DNA of 43,506 bases from a virus (Duplodnaviria > Caudoviricetes): positions 1 through 43,506 of IMG/VR virus record IMGVR_UViG_3300025018_000242; one strand, written 5' to 3'. Numbering within the stretch: the first letter of the stretch is position 1; the number at the start of each line of letters is the position of its first letter. A program made the position numbers and the translations under genes. Below the pieces are notes generated by a model, which saw nothing but the letters and a program-made list of their open reading frames with translations, was not told the origin of the DNA and ran no database searches. Below are positions 29,332-38,360 of the stretch, piece after piece.

Positions 29332-30772
29332 CTCTGCCTCCGCGCAGTTTACTTACCTGATTAGCTTGCATTTCTAATTGGGCATGAAACGCAGACAGCC
29401 CAATGTGACTGCCGCTTTTCGCCAGGCTTAGAAAGTTTGTAGCGTTATCTACCGATATTCTATCTCGACTGGCTAAACTATCCATAACCGATGCAGCATC
29501 TCTAGCATTTAAGCGCGCCCGGTCCATTATATAGCGCATCGCCTCATCAGAGCGCACATCCCCTACTTTATCAATTAGTTCAACTAGCGTCAACCAGACC
29601 CGTGCCTCTGTGCCTTGGGAGTGTAATGCAATGCAACATATTTCAATTGTGATCTCATTGATAAGCAAGAGCATGTGGGCAAGATTTAAATCATTTAGAT
29701 TAATCTTGTCAGACCTTCTTGCGAAGCAAAGCATCCCTGCAATTTTCAATAAAGTTAATGGCCGGTTATTTGCATAGCCGGACAACGCTAGTTCTTGGGT
29801 TTTAAGTTGATACCTACGCAGGCGCTCGAAGCCTTTAAGCGCAGCTTCAGTGAGTTTATAGAGATGCCTCGGAACCGCCGCGTGATTTATCTCCCCGAAC
29901 CATTCGCTAAATGCGGTTAGCTTTTTTCTGTCCGCTTCCCAGCCTTGCTCGGTTACATAGGAAGAACAATAAATGGGCAGTAATTGAGATAGAAAATCCG
30001 CATTGACCTGCCCATCGCGTGTAACTAATCCTTGGAAATAGCTGCCAGCAACTAGTGAAATTGCCGAGTCATTAAGTCTATAGACACGATCAGTCTGGAT
30101 ATGGATTTTCTCACCGGCAATGCACTGTGCCAGTAAAAGCGTCATATCATTGTAGGCGCTATGCACTAAAGCTTGCAGATTATGCGAGATTAAAACCCTT
30201 GGGTGCAGGATTTTATCAATTGGTTCTTTAGTGCTTTCAGACTGTGCAAATTTTTCCAGTGGATCTTGTGGAGCATTTTGTTTAGCCGCTTCCTCTGCCA
30301 GCCTTAAATGTTCGAATAGCCAATTGGCTGCAACTTCTGTGGCTGGGTCCTCTTTAGTTGATTTAGTTTTAGGTGATTTTTCGTTCGACCCGCCCTGCAT
30401 GGCCTTTATCAAATGCAGTCTATTCCCTCCGGTATCAGATGGTAGGAACGCAATATTTGCTTGCTCAGCTACCTCTCGCACAGTGCGAATGACCGCTCTA
30501 GTCTGTGCAGTTTGTTCGCCTAAAAATAGGCTAGCTAAATTCATGCGCTTCACTCCTGTAACTGGTGTGAAAACATCTAGCCTTAGGTGGGCGGTAGCTA
30601 CAGAAAGCAAGCTAATTACTCCCCAAATCTTATGCCCTTCCTGCGCACCAGAAGTTTCATAGGCTTCTAGCCATCTAGCTATTACTGTCCAAGAGTCCCC
30701 AAACCAACGAAAGCCTGCCCCGTTACTAAGCATTTCGTAGGTGGGGACTTGTTGATCCTCACCATGTGGCAT
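29312..30772 (-). CDS. DUF3987/YfjI-like replication protein with degenerate P-loop
   Basis: W..ISLLS...NL..LFLG N-terminal pattern, LLKIAGML helix and winged-helix-like end; no GK[ST]. Confidence 0.5.
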   Translation of the reverse strand: MPHGEDQQVPTYEMLSNGAGFRWFGDSWTVIARWLEAYETSGAQEGHKIWGVISLLSVATAHLRLDVFTPVTGVKRMNLASLFLGEQTAQTRAVIRTVREVAEQANIAFLPSDTGGNRLHLIKAMQGGSNEKSPKTKSTKEDPATEVAANWLFEHLRLAEEAAKQNAPQDPLEKFAQSESTKEPIDKILHPRVLISHNLQALVHSAYNDMTLLLAQCIAGEKIHIQTDRVYRLNDSAISLVAGSYFQGLVTRDGQVNADFLSQLLPIYCSSYVTEQGWEADRKKLTAFSEWFGEINHAAVPRHLYKLTEAALKGFERLRRYQLKTQELALSGYANNRPLTLLKIAGMLCFARRSDKINLNDLNLAHMLLLINEITIEICCIALHSQGTEARVWLTLVELIDKVGDVRSDEAMRYIMDRARLNARDAASVMDSLASRDRISVDNATNFLSLAKSGSHIGLSAFHAQLEMQANQVSKLRGGRDGGRDG

Positions 30773-30775
30773 TGG

Positions 30776-31486
30776 TTAGCTTTCTTGCTTTGCATTTTCT
30801 TTCAGTTCATCAAGCCAAGATGACAGTAAGTAGTAACCCTCTTGGGAATTACCAACTACCCAGAAAGGCTTTATTGGATTGCTTACGGATCGCGCTAGCA
30901 CCTCACGATCTGGTGAGTCCGGCTTAATACCCTTATCCTCCCCGTAAGGATCTTTAATTCCGATAAGCTCTATTTGCGCCCCTGGATATTCGGCTTCCAT
31001 TAATTCAGTGAAGGCATTGAATTCTTCTGAGCTGCCTATGCTATCAAGAATTAAAACTAAATTGCTGTGGGCAGAATATTTTTTAATTACTGTTTCACAA
31101 GCTACGAATGTAAAGTTTGCGTAGCCCCTCGGCGTTCCTCCGGTGTAATACCGCAAAGCGTCAATGAGTATTTCACGCCCGAACTTTTTCTTATCAGTGA
31201 AGTAAGTCTTTTTGAACATAGGGTAATCAAGTAACTCAATACCCAGCATAGGTGATGCGCAAGTTTGCAGTTTAGCTAGTAGGTATAGGCCAAACGCTTG
31301 AGCCGGTTGCACAAGGGCTACATTTAGCGTATCATCCAGTCCCCAACTCTGTAGGATCCTCTCAGCTATGGTTGTCTTTCCCGCACCGATTGGGCCATTT
31401 AAGCAAAATACTCTTATTACTCTTACGGCATCTTCTTGCCTAGCACTATCCTTGCTCACTTTAGTATTAACTGGCATAGCGGCCAC
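30776..31486 (-). CDS. P-loop kinase (dNMP kinase-like)
   Basis: CLNGPIGAGKTT Walker A near the N-terminus; GREILID segment. Confidence 0.6.
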   Translation of the reverse strand: MAAMPVNTKVSKDSARQEDAVRVIRVFCLNGPIGAGKTTIAERILQSWGLDDTLNVALVQPAQAFGLYLLAKLQTCASPMLGIELLDYPMFKKTYFTDKKKFGREILIDALRYYTGGTPRGYANFTFVACETVIKKYSAHSNLVLILDSIGSSEEFNAFTELMEAEYPGAQIELIGIKDPYGEDKGIKPDSPDREVLARSVSNPIKPFWVVGNSQEGYYLLSSWLDELKENAKQES

Positions 31487-31497
31487 CCCTATTTGAA

Positions 31498-31536
31498 GGA
31501 AAGAAATGAGAGGGACTGTTGATACAATCCCTCTCA
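31498..31536 (-). terminator. Rho-independent terminator
   Basis: Minus strand TGAGAGGGATTGT-atca-ACAGTCCCTCTCA then TTTCTTT. Confidence 0.75.
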
Positions 31537-31573
31537 GCGAAATGCCTCAATCAGTATACCTAATTACAAGGGA

Positions 31574-31798
31574 TTAAACAACTGAGGCTTCTAGCGCAGT
31601 CAGGACCGCAACCAAGTGGTCACGAGTAGATGGGAACATTCCATCTAAAAGGTTGCGGGGTTCACCAACATTCCGCGCTTCCGTTGACACTAAATCAATC
31701 AACTGATGCACCTTTTGTTTGTTGGTTCCAGCGAATACAATATCAACTGAGATGCCTGTAATCGCCGGGGTCGGGAGCCACTGATTCTTATCAGCCAT
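31574..31798 (-). CDS. Small hypothetical protein (74 aa)
   Basis: GAAAGGA SD; own putative promoter and terminator. Confidence 0.75.
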   Translation of the reverse strand: MADKNQWLPTPAITGISVDIVFAGTNKQKVHQLIDLVSTEARNVGEPRNLLDGMFPSTRDHLVAVLTALEASVV

Positions 31799-31837
31799 TT
31801 GAAGTCCTTTCTAACTAAGCTGCGGGGTAGTGCTATA

Positions 31838-31866
31838 AGGTTAGCAAAACTTTAGTAGCTTGTTAA
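31838..31866 (-). promoter_or_regulatory. Putative sigma70 promoter with extended -10
   Basis: Minus strand TTAACA-17 nt-TAACCT, preceded by TG. Confidence 0.45.
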
Positions 31867-31867
31867 C

Positions 31868-34078
31868 TTAAATTTCGAGCAGAAAGTTTTTATTTTCCTG
31901 CACCCAATTCAAAATCTCCATTTCATTAGTTACCTTTTCTGTGTTATGCGCCCAATTACGGGATACCTCGGCATCAATCCCTAGGGCAAACTCACGGCCC
32001 TTACAAAGGAATGGTCGTCGCATTACATGGAATATTCTGCGTAACCCTTCGCTTAATTGCGGATGATCCGCGCGACAATGGAAAGTAAGTGAGTCATGTG
32101 TTTGTCGCACTATGTGTATTCCGAAAGTATCGTGAGCGATGGGTAATGCCGGTTCATGCGCGTCACTTACATTGCCATCTCGGAAATGATTAGTCTTAAC
32201 CCCAAAAGCCAATTCATACAGCGCTGCATTTGTCCTACCGGCAGTAGAAGCTTGCCCATAAATAGCTGCGGCTAAGCGCAAATTAGCGTCATCCAATGGG
32301 CCTGCGGGAAAATTATAGGCATACCCATAGATTGTTTTAACTCTTGCGTGCGCTTCAATTTCTCTAGCGATATCCTGATACCAAGCATTTCTTTGTAGCC
32401 TCGGATAGCCTGAACGATACCGCCGCTCTAACTCTGCGCAGTATTCAGCCAGCCGTTTTAATGACCAGGTCCCAGCCTCGGCATATCCATTCGCCTGTGC
32501 GGCAGCTATAATTGTTGGCACAGTGGCTGTCATTAGTAGTGTCATACTTGCCATAAGGTAATTGCATCCGTGCCCAACCTTCTTGCCCACTTGCCTAATT
32601 CCGTAAATTGGGTGGGTTATTTCTGGCAGATCAGCTTTATGCCCTTCAACGATTGCTTCATATGTCCAGTTATCAAACAGTAGTGAACTAGTCATTGCAT
32701 GGGCGTCGAGTTTATTTTCAAAAATATAAATAAGCCTTTCTTCCTCGGCTTCAAATGCGACGTATACTGCGTCGGCGCCAGAGAAGTCAATCTCTAATAG
32801 GAAGTATCCGGGGTCAGCTCTTAGTATTCTGCGGTATTTTTTTCTAATGTTCTGTGCATTGCTTCCATGCCCAAATGCGCTGGCGCTAGATGCAAACCGA
32901 GTGCTTATTGTTCCAACTCCATTAAATGAAGTGTAAAAACGCCGTCGAGTTTCAGACACTGGAAGTTGCGGCATATTAACAATATTAGATATTTGTTTCA
33001 TCGGAACGTTTGCTTGCTCAACGGCCTGCATTACTCGCTTCTGCACTAAGCCTTCTTGCTTTACTAACCGCTGGACAACCTGCCCAGTAGCTGCCTTGGA
33101 AATATCTTTTACTGGTCGGCCTTTAGTATTCTTTGGGGATGACCCTAAGATATTATAAATTAAATCTTTCATTTGTGCAGGACTGCGGGGATTAAACTTG
33201 GGGTCAGCCACTAGATACTTTAAATGCGCAAGGGCCTTCTCTGCGTCGGCGGCCAAGCTAACCCCAATAGCGGCCATCTCGGTTTCATCAATGTAGGAAC
33301 CGTAGGCGTTCATCCCAACTGCCGCATAGCAGCGAAGCATTGCGTGCAGGAAATTACGCCGGTAGTCAGCGATCCCCGGTTCTTCCTCTTTAGTTTGTGT
33401 AAAGAAATTAATGAATATTTTACACAGTCTCAGCGTTGCCCAGACATCCTTGCCAGCGTAGTTTAAAAAGGCCAGCCAGTCATCATCGGTTCGACCTTGC
33501 TTCCAATACTCATGGTCATCAAGAAAAATGGATGACACAAATCCTAATGACTTAGGCATGTCCGGCCAAATTGACCAGAACATTACCATAGTATCGTAGC
33601 CCCAATTCCTAATTGGCATACCGTATCTAATATACCATTGAACATCATAGGTAAAATTGTGCCCAACGTGCGGCGCTGGTAAATTATTGATATGTTTAAT
33701 TGCGTTAATAATTTCTTCAATATAATACGGCGCACCGCTGCTAGGTGATTTACTATTCTGCAAAGGGAATATAAAATCCCCACTGTCGCAGGCATAGGCG
33801 CAAACTGTCATGGCAAATTTATCTACCGCAGCCGATTTTGAGCTCTTTTTAAATGGATGTGTTTCGATGTCGTTAGCAATAAGTGCAGCCTTTTCCAACT
33901 GCGCTACAGCAAAATCAATACGCTCCGGCTTATCACAAATCAGCCTAGTCCTATTCGGCTCGGTTTCTTTGGCTTTTAATGATTCTAAAAGCCTTATGCC
34001 AGTCGGCCGCAAGGCAGAATTTACCAACAGAAACTTTTGTGATGACAGGGGCGTAGAAATGTCGGTCGTCTCTCTCAT
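31868..34078 (-). CDS. polA: Family A DNA polymerase with 3'-5' exonuclease (start uncertain)
   Basis: ExoI NDIET, ExoII GHNFTYD, ExoIII YAGKD, motif A DFSGAD, motif B RQVGKKVGHGCNY, motif C THDS. Confidence 0.92.
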   Translation of the reverse strand: MRETTDISTPLSSQKFLLVNSALRPTGIRLLESLKAKETEPNRTRLICDKPERIDFAVAQLEKAALIANDIETHPFKKSSKSAAVDKFAMTVCAYACDSGDFIFPLQNSKSPSSGAPYYIEEIINAIKHINNLPAPHVGHNFTYDVQWYIRYGMPIRNWGYDTMVMFWSIWPDMPKSLGFVSSIFLDDHEYWKQGRTDDDWLAFLNYAGKDVWATLRLCKIFINFFTQTKEEEPGIADYRRNFLHAMLRCYAAVGMNAYGSYIDETEMAAIGVSLAADAEKALAHLKYLVADPKFNPRSPAQMKDLIYNILGSSPKNTKGRPVKDISKAATGQVVQRLVKQEGLVQKRVMQAVEQANVPMKQISNIVNMPQLPVSETRRRFYTSFNGVGTISTRFASSASAFGHGSNAQNIRKKYRRILRADPGYFLLEIDFSGADAVYVAFEAEEERLIYIFENKLDAHAMTSSLLFDNWTYEAIVEGHKADLPEITHPIYGIRQVGKKVGHGCNYLMASMTLLMTATVPTIIAAAQANGYAEAGTWSLKRLAEYCAELERRYRSGYPRLQRNAWYQDIAREIEAHARVKTIYGYAYNFPAGPLDDANLRLAAAIYGQASTAGRTNAALYELAFGVKTNHFRDGNVSDAHEPALPIAHDTFGIHIVRQTHDSLTFHCRADHPQLSEGLRRIFHVMRRPFLCKGREFALGIDAEVSRNWAHNTEKVTNEMEILNWVQENKNFLLEI

Positions 34079-34664
34079 TGAATTCTTTTTTAATTTCATT
34101 AAATTCAATTTCAGTTGTGTCTGCTTCATCTCCCTCATCTCCTTCATTTCCCTCATTACCAGCCCCTTCATCTGCTTCATCGATTTCAGTTGATTGATAG
34201 CTATTAAAATCTTCTTGGTTATCAAAACCATCATTCGCTACTGCAATATCCCGCTCTCGAATATCGGTGAAATAAGCGGTAATCGGATAGGTAACAATCC
34301 ATGGGATACCTTTATATTGATACACCCCACCGCGTAGGTTTTCAATAGTTGCCCAGTCCCAGCTTTCTTCACGGTATGGCATTAAGAAAGCCAAGGTTGC
34401 CGGGTCCGAAGTTACCACTAATTCAGGTTTATATATGTTTAATAATTCGGAAGTAACTGTGTAAAGTTTGGTTAGTGAACTACTATCTAGCCGGTAGCCA
34501 GGGTGTTTTCTATTCCCTTTCCACATAAGCAATTCCGACTTAGCCAGTCTTTTATACAATGAAACATTCTGTGCTTGCTCTCGGCTAAGTATTTTAAATA
34601 TCTCCTCATATCGAGAAGTGATCCCAATTGCATCCTCGAAGTATAGAATTGGTTTCCTTTTCAT
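33951..34664 (-). CDS. Uracil-DNA-glycosylase-like fold protein, likely inactive (start revised from 34718)
   Basis: KPELVV...IENLRG...PWIVTY and ADWHKA segments resemble family-4 UDG domains found ahead of phage PolA; GGGAG SD. Confidence 0.55.
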   Translation of the reverse strand: MKRKPILYFEDAIGITSRYEEIFKILSREQAQNVSLYKRLAKSELLMWKGNRKHPGYRLDSSSLTKLYTVTSELLNIYKPELVVTSDPATLAFLMPYREESWDWATIENLRGGVYQYKGIPWIVTYPITAYFTDIRERDIAVANDGFDNQEDFNSYQSTEIDEADEGAGNEGNEGDEGDEADTTEIEFNEIKKEFNERDDRHFYAPVITKVSVGKFCLAADWHKAFRIIKSQRNRAE

Positions 34665-34665
34665 T

Positions 34666-35061
34666 TTATTCTCCCGATTGCAGTTTACTGTAAATATGCT
34701 CATACGCCCGGCAGGCATTAGCTAAGTGCGCTTTTAATGTGTCAATCCTATCTGTGATTAGGGGCTTACCCAGCCAATCCCAGCCTACCCAACATTGCTC
34801 AATTCCTTGCTCAGCAAACGCATTACTAACCGATGGCAGCAACCAGTGCTGTTGCCCCATTCCAATGTAGCTTATATTAAATTGGCTTTCTAACTCATGC
34901 TCTAAATTTAAAGAGCGAACAGTTTCTGGTGCACATTGCAGCCATAGGTAAGCAACGGACCATCTTTCTTTGCGTAATTCACACTCGCCAATTACATTAG
35001 TAGTATACCCATACTTAGGATGCAGGGTCTCAAAGCGGTTTATTACTTTTAAAAGCCGCAT
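34666..35061 (-). CDS. Hypothetical protein
   Basis: AAGGA SD; operon context. Confidence 0.65.
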   Translation of the reverse strand: MRLLKVINRFETLHPKYGYTTNVIGECELRKERWSVAYLWLQCAPETVRSLNLEHELESQFNISYIGMGQQHWLLPSVSNAFAEQGIEQCWVGWDWLGKPLITDRIDTLKAHLANACRAYEHIYSKLQSGE

Positions 35062-35090
35062 GGCGATATTCCTTAGAAGGGGGGCTTTAG

Positions 35091-35116
35091 TGGAAAGGGC
35101 AGCGATTTGCCCTCTC
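35091..35116 (-). other. Stem-loop downstream of the SSB gene (mRNA stabiliser or attenuator)
   Basis: Minus strand GGAGAGGGCA/TGCCCTTTCC 10-bp stem with one G-U pair; no U-tract. Confidence 0.45.
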
Positions 35117-35137
35117 CGTTTTTACTAGTCGATTAGC

Positions 35138-35683
35138 TTAGCTGGTTGCTTCATCGGCGGTATCGTCATCATCATTAAGAAGCCCCAAGGCTTCAAAGAC
35201 TGAGTCATCCGCTTTCTTCCAGTCAAACTTTGCTTGTTCCTCACCAGCTTTATTCATGTAATGATATACACGAACCTCATATGGCCAATCAACCATACCA
35301 TCAAGCCACCCACGCTGCGAGGCTGTGCCACCGTTAGGTCCATCACTCGGCAAACCCACCCGTTTATACCTTCCGCGAAGGGTGCCAATGGCTTCTTCAA
35401 TACTATTGGGCCAAAGAACGTAACGCTCAGTTATGTTTCTGCCAACAAAGCTTTCCGGGTCCAGTTCTTTATTCAGCGGGTCGGCTTCCAAGATTTCTTG
35501 AGTTAAAGAGATGGTAATCAGCGGGTCTTGTTCCGGTGTTTTAGGATCAATTTTCTTCGCTTCAACAGATACACCGCGACAAATGAATACACCTGCTGCC
35601 GGCAAGCGACTCATGATGATTGCAACATCTTCCGAGTTATCTGCCGCAAAATCTGCCAAGCTAAGGTATTGCTTCTTCGCCAT
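35138..35683 (-). CDS. Single-stranded DNA-binding protein (DUF669-like)
   Basis: Follows the Sak4-like gene; beta-rich with acidic tail NDDDDTADEATS; GGAG SD before MAKK. Confidence 0.6.
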   Translation of the reverse strand: MAKKQYLSLADFAADNSEDVAIIMSRLPAAGVFICRGVSVEAKKIDPKTPEQDPLITISLTQEILEADPLNKELDPESFVGRNITERYVLWPNSIEEAIGTLRGRYKRVGLPSDGPNGGTASQRGWLDGMVDWPYEVRVYHYMNKAGEEQAKFDWKKADDSVFEALGLLNDDDDTADEATS

Positions 35684-35755
35684 TTTAGTCTCCATTTTTG
35701 GGTTCAGTCATTCAGTCATTCAGTCATTCATTTAGTTAGTTAGTCAGTTCGCTAC

Positions 35756-36826
35756 TTATTTTTTTGATCGCGTAAGTAGCGGGCGCGATACGCCGGTAGC
35801 TTTGCCACCGATCGTTAGCTTAGCAGGGCGTGCCACATTAACTGGCGCGGATGCTTGAGTATCCGCTGATGCGTCAGCCTGCTTATTCACTTGCAACTCG
35901 GAAGCGGGTATTGTTTTTATTACGTCACTTCCTAGGGCGTTGGGGCTATCTGAATTAAATTCAGCCGAATTTTTTGCGCCCAACAGCTTCACAAAACTTA
36001 ATTCATCCACTGGAGCAACCCTATTAGGGGGGCCACCTCCCACTCTATCATAGGACCTAGTGAAGTCAATCTTAACCCGGCCTACTCTATCCAACTCAAG
36101 CCAAGCCACATGATTAAAATACTTTGGCAACTCTGCACCGTGTGGGCGTGACGATGATATTGGAATTTCCAACACTTCTTTTAATAGCATATCTTTTTGC
36201 TTTATGTTCTCTGCGGTTACTCCAATAGGTTTTTCGTATCTTTCATAGTAAGTTCCATGCGCTAGAACGCAGATATGAAATGGCATCGGTTGCATAATTT
36301 GCAAAATTCGATTAAGCTTAAGGAAGGCAACTCCGTAGATAGATTGATTTGCTTTATCAGCTTTTTCCATGTCAACATGCAGAGACTCTGCGCCAATCTC
36401 CATTGCATCAGCGGCACAAGAAGTCCATGAGTCAACTGCAAGAATGAACCTGTGATTTTGCAACAGTTGGTTAGGATCAATTTTTAAGATCTGATCAGTA
36501 TCAGCAGATGTGAATTTACTATACTTCTCATCTTTGGTGAGGTTCCATTCAAAGTATCTGCGAGCTGATAGGAGCGCGGTTAAAAACGCAGCTGGATGCG
36601 TTGTGGGTATGTAATGCACTCGTTTCTGTGCGGCCACGTTATCTTTTAGGTGGTGCCGGATTGCAGACAGCCCGTTATCCGCATCTAAATACAGGACAGT
36701 CATACCATCTTTTGCAGCTTGCGCTACATAGGTTGATTTACCTACCTTTGATTTTGCGATTAGTAAGAGATGCACCGGGTCCGGTGTGCTAGTGTCCATT
36801 TGATCTAAGGTTGTCATTGTGGTCAT
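35756..36826 (-). CDS. Sak4-like ssDNA-annealing ATPase (AAA_24)
   Basis: AKSKVGKST Walker A, YLDADNG and AVDSWT Walker B. Confidence 0.8.
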   Translation of the reverse strand: MTTMTTLDQMDTSTPDPVHLLLIAKSKVGKSTYVAQAAKDGMTVLYLDADNGLSAIRHHLKDNVAAQKRVHYIPTTHPAAFLTALLSARRYFEWNLTKDEKYSKFTSADTDQILKIDPNQLLQNHRFILAVDSWTSCAADAMEIGAESLHVDMEKADKANQSIYGVAFLKLNRILQIMQPMPFHICVLAHGTYYERYEKPIGVTAENIKQKDMLLKEVLEIPISSSRPHGAELPKYFNHVAWLELDRVGRVKIDFTRSYDRVGGGPPNRVAPVDELSFVKLLGAKNSAEFNSDSPNALGSDVIKTIPASELQVNKQADASADTQASAPVNVARPAKLTIGGKATGVSRPLLTRSKK

Positions 36827-36877
36827 TCCCTTTTTAAGCCGTTAGGTATTCTGTTGCTACTATTGCTACTATTGCTA

Positions 36878-37351
36878 CTACTCTGCTGTAAACCAATACT
36901 TCCCTTGCTCCGGATTAAACTTTGGGTTACCGCCAGACCTAATCCAATCCATTACTTTTTCTTTTAGCAGTATTTTCTTATCTGCGCAATGCAGTTCCAT
37001 TCCTTTAACCAGCTCGGTCGCGAACAGATTGTCTAAAGTAACCTGATAGTATTCAGCGGTTAGGTCTGCCAATTTTCGGAAACCGTCATGCAGGTGTAAA
37101 CGCATTTGCTGATCGGCTAATTCAGATAATTCAGTGATCCCATCAACTTCATAATTAACATCTTTTTCAATGTCCCTTAGTTTTTTATGCGCAAGCATGA
37201 TGAAATACCAAAGAGCGTGGGTTTCATTTGTATCAGGCAATGAACCTTCCGGCGGAACGAATTGCAAAAAGGTTGGCATACTTATAGTATTACCTATCCT
37301 CCGCCAAGTTCCAGCATTTCTATTAGTCTTTTTGTCCACGTAATGTGTCAT
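36878..37351 (-). CDS. Hypothetical protein (start revised from 37375)
   Basis: TAATG coupling with the exonuclease stop. Confidence 0.65.
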   Translation of the reverse strand: MTHYVDKKTNRNAGTWRRIGNTISMPTFLQFVPPEGSLPDTNETHALWYFIMLAHKKLRDIEKDVNYEVDGITELSELADQQMRLHLHDGFRKLADLTAEYYQVTLDNLFATELVKGMELHCADKKILLKEKVMDWIRSGGNPKFNPEQGKYWFTAE

Positions 37352-38349
37352 TAGATTGTCTCCTCGAATACCCAAACGGGTTTATACTCACGGGTTTTAG
37401 TTTTCCAATTCTCAAATTCAAACCAGCGCTCTAGCTGCTTCTTATTCCTTACATGGCACACATTAAAGTAACGGCAGGTTGAGTTCCAAGTTACACACCC
37501 ATGCGTGGTGCGGGGCCATTTATCATTCTTCAGATACCTAAGTATCCGCTGTATTCTTTCGTGTTTAACTTCCCACATTTCAGTTAGCAGTTCTGCATCA
37601 TAGTTAAATGTTGAAGCCTGCACGGTTAGGTCCATTGAATTAGGATCGCCGGGAACTTGTTCGACTTTAGAGAATGAAAGCATATAGTAGGTCACCTTTA
37701 ATTCCGAGCCGATCGGTTTATTCTCAATAGCATTTAGCGGAAAACTATAGACCGGCCCTTGATCTGAATACCGGTATTCTGCCTCCCAAGTATCCCGCGC
37801 TTTCGAGGTGGTTTTAAAATCAACGCAGCGAATTTCACCAGTGTGCTTATTACGGAGAATAAGATCCAATTTGCCTTGGGTTATTAACTCCACATTAAGC
37901 GCATCTGCGGCAGCACTTAAATGTTTTATTTGAAACGGCACCTCGATGGCTGGGCCAAACTGGTCAACTTCACATAGGTCCCATTCATCCCAAAATCGAT
38001 CTTTGGACATTAGGTATAGCAACCGGGCAGCAGCGCCAAGCGGCCTCACATGAGTCTCATTCGTATAATCCCAGTGTAGAGCTAATACATAGTATGCCCT
38101 ATTAAGCGCGTCCTCATTATTCTCATTATCAATAAAATGCGCCCGTGCCCATTCTTGCGCGGCCTCATGGACTGCGGTTCCTACATTCGCTGCACTCTTG
38201 TCACTTTCTTTTCCCTCCAGCGCAGGGAATTTTTGAAAGATGTAAGTAAACTCAAACTTGCGAGGGCAGGTTTCAAGAACCGCATCATTTGAATGCGACA
38301 GCACAATGCGTAGTTTGTCAGCTGGTTTCGATTGCACTTCAGCTTGCAT
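37351..38349 (-). CDS. Cas4-like PD-(D/E)XK exonuclease with 4Fe-4S cysteines
   Basis: SHS...CPRK, GTAVH, GKLDL, VDFKT, QxxxY and C-terminal C-x6-C-x5-C. Confidence 0.88.
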   Translation of the reverse strand: MQAEVQSKPADKLRIVLSHSNDAVLETCPRKFEFTYIFQKFPALEGKESDKSAANVGTAVHEAAQEWARAHFIDNENNEDALNRAYYVLALHWDYTNETHVRPLGAAARLLYLMSKDRFWDEWDLCEVDQFGPAIEVPFQIKHLSAAADALNVELITQGKLDLILRNKHTGEIRCVDFKTTSKARDTWEAEYRYSDQGPVYSFPLNAIENKPIGSELKVTYYMLSFSKVEQVPGDPNSMDLTVQASTFNYDAELLTEMWEVKHERIQRILRYLKNDKWPRTTHGCVTWNSTCRYFNVCHVRNKKQLERWFEFENWKTKTREYKPVWVFEETI

Positions 38350-38360
38350 TGATTTAACTC

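Noticed and set aside
34085-34091. A_AAA_AAG slippery heptamer (minus strand) as the UDG-Pol fusion site
   Set aside because: It is phased for a -1 shift from the Pol frame into the UDG frame, the wrong direction for a fusion.
37351-38349. Cas4-like gene as part of a CRISPR-Cas system
   Set aside because: No other cas genes or array; the context (Sak4, SSB) is a standard phage recombination module.
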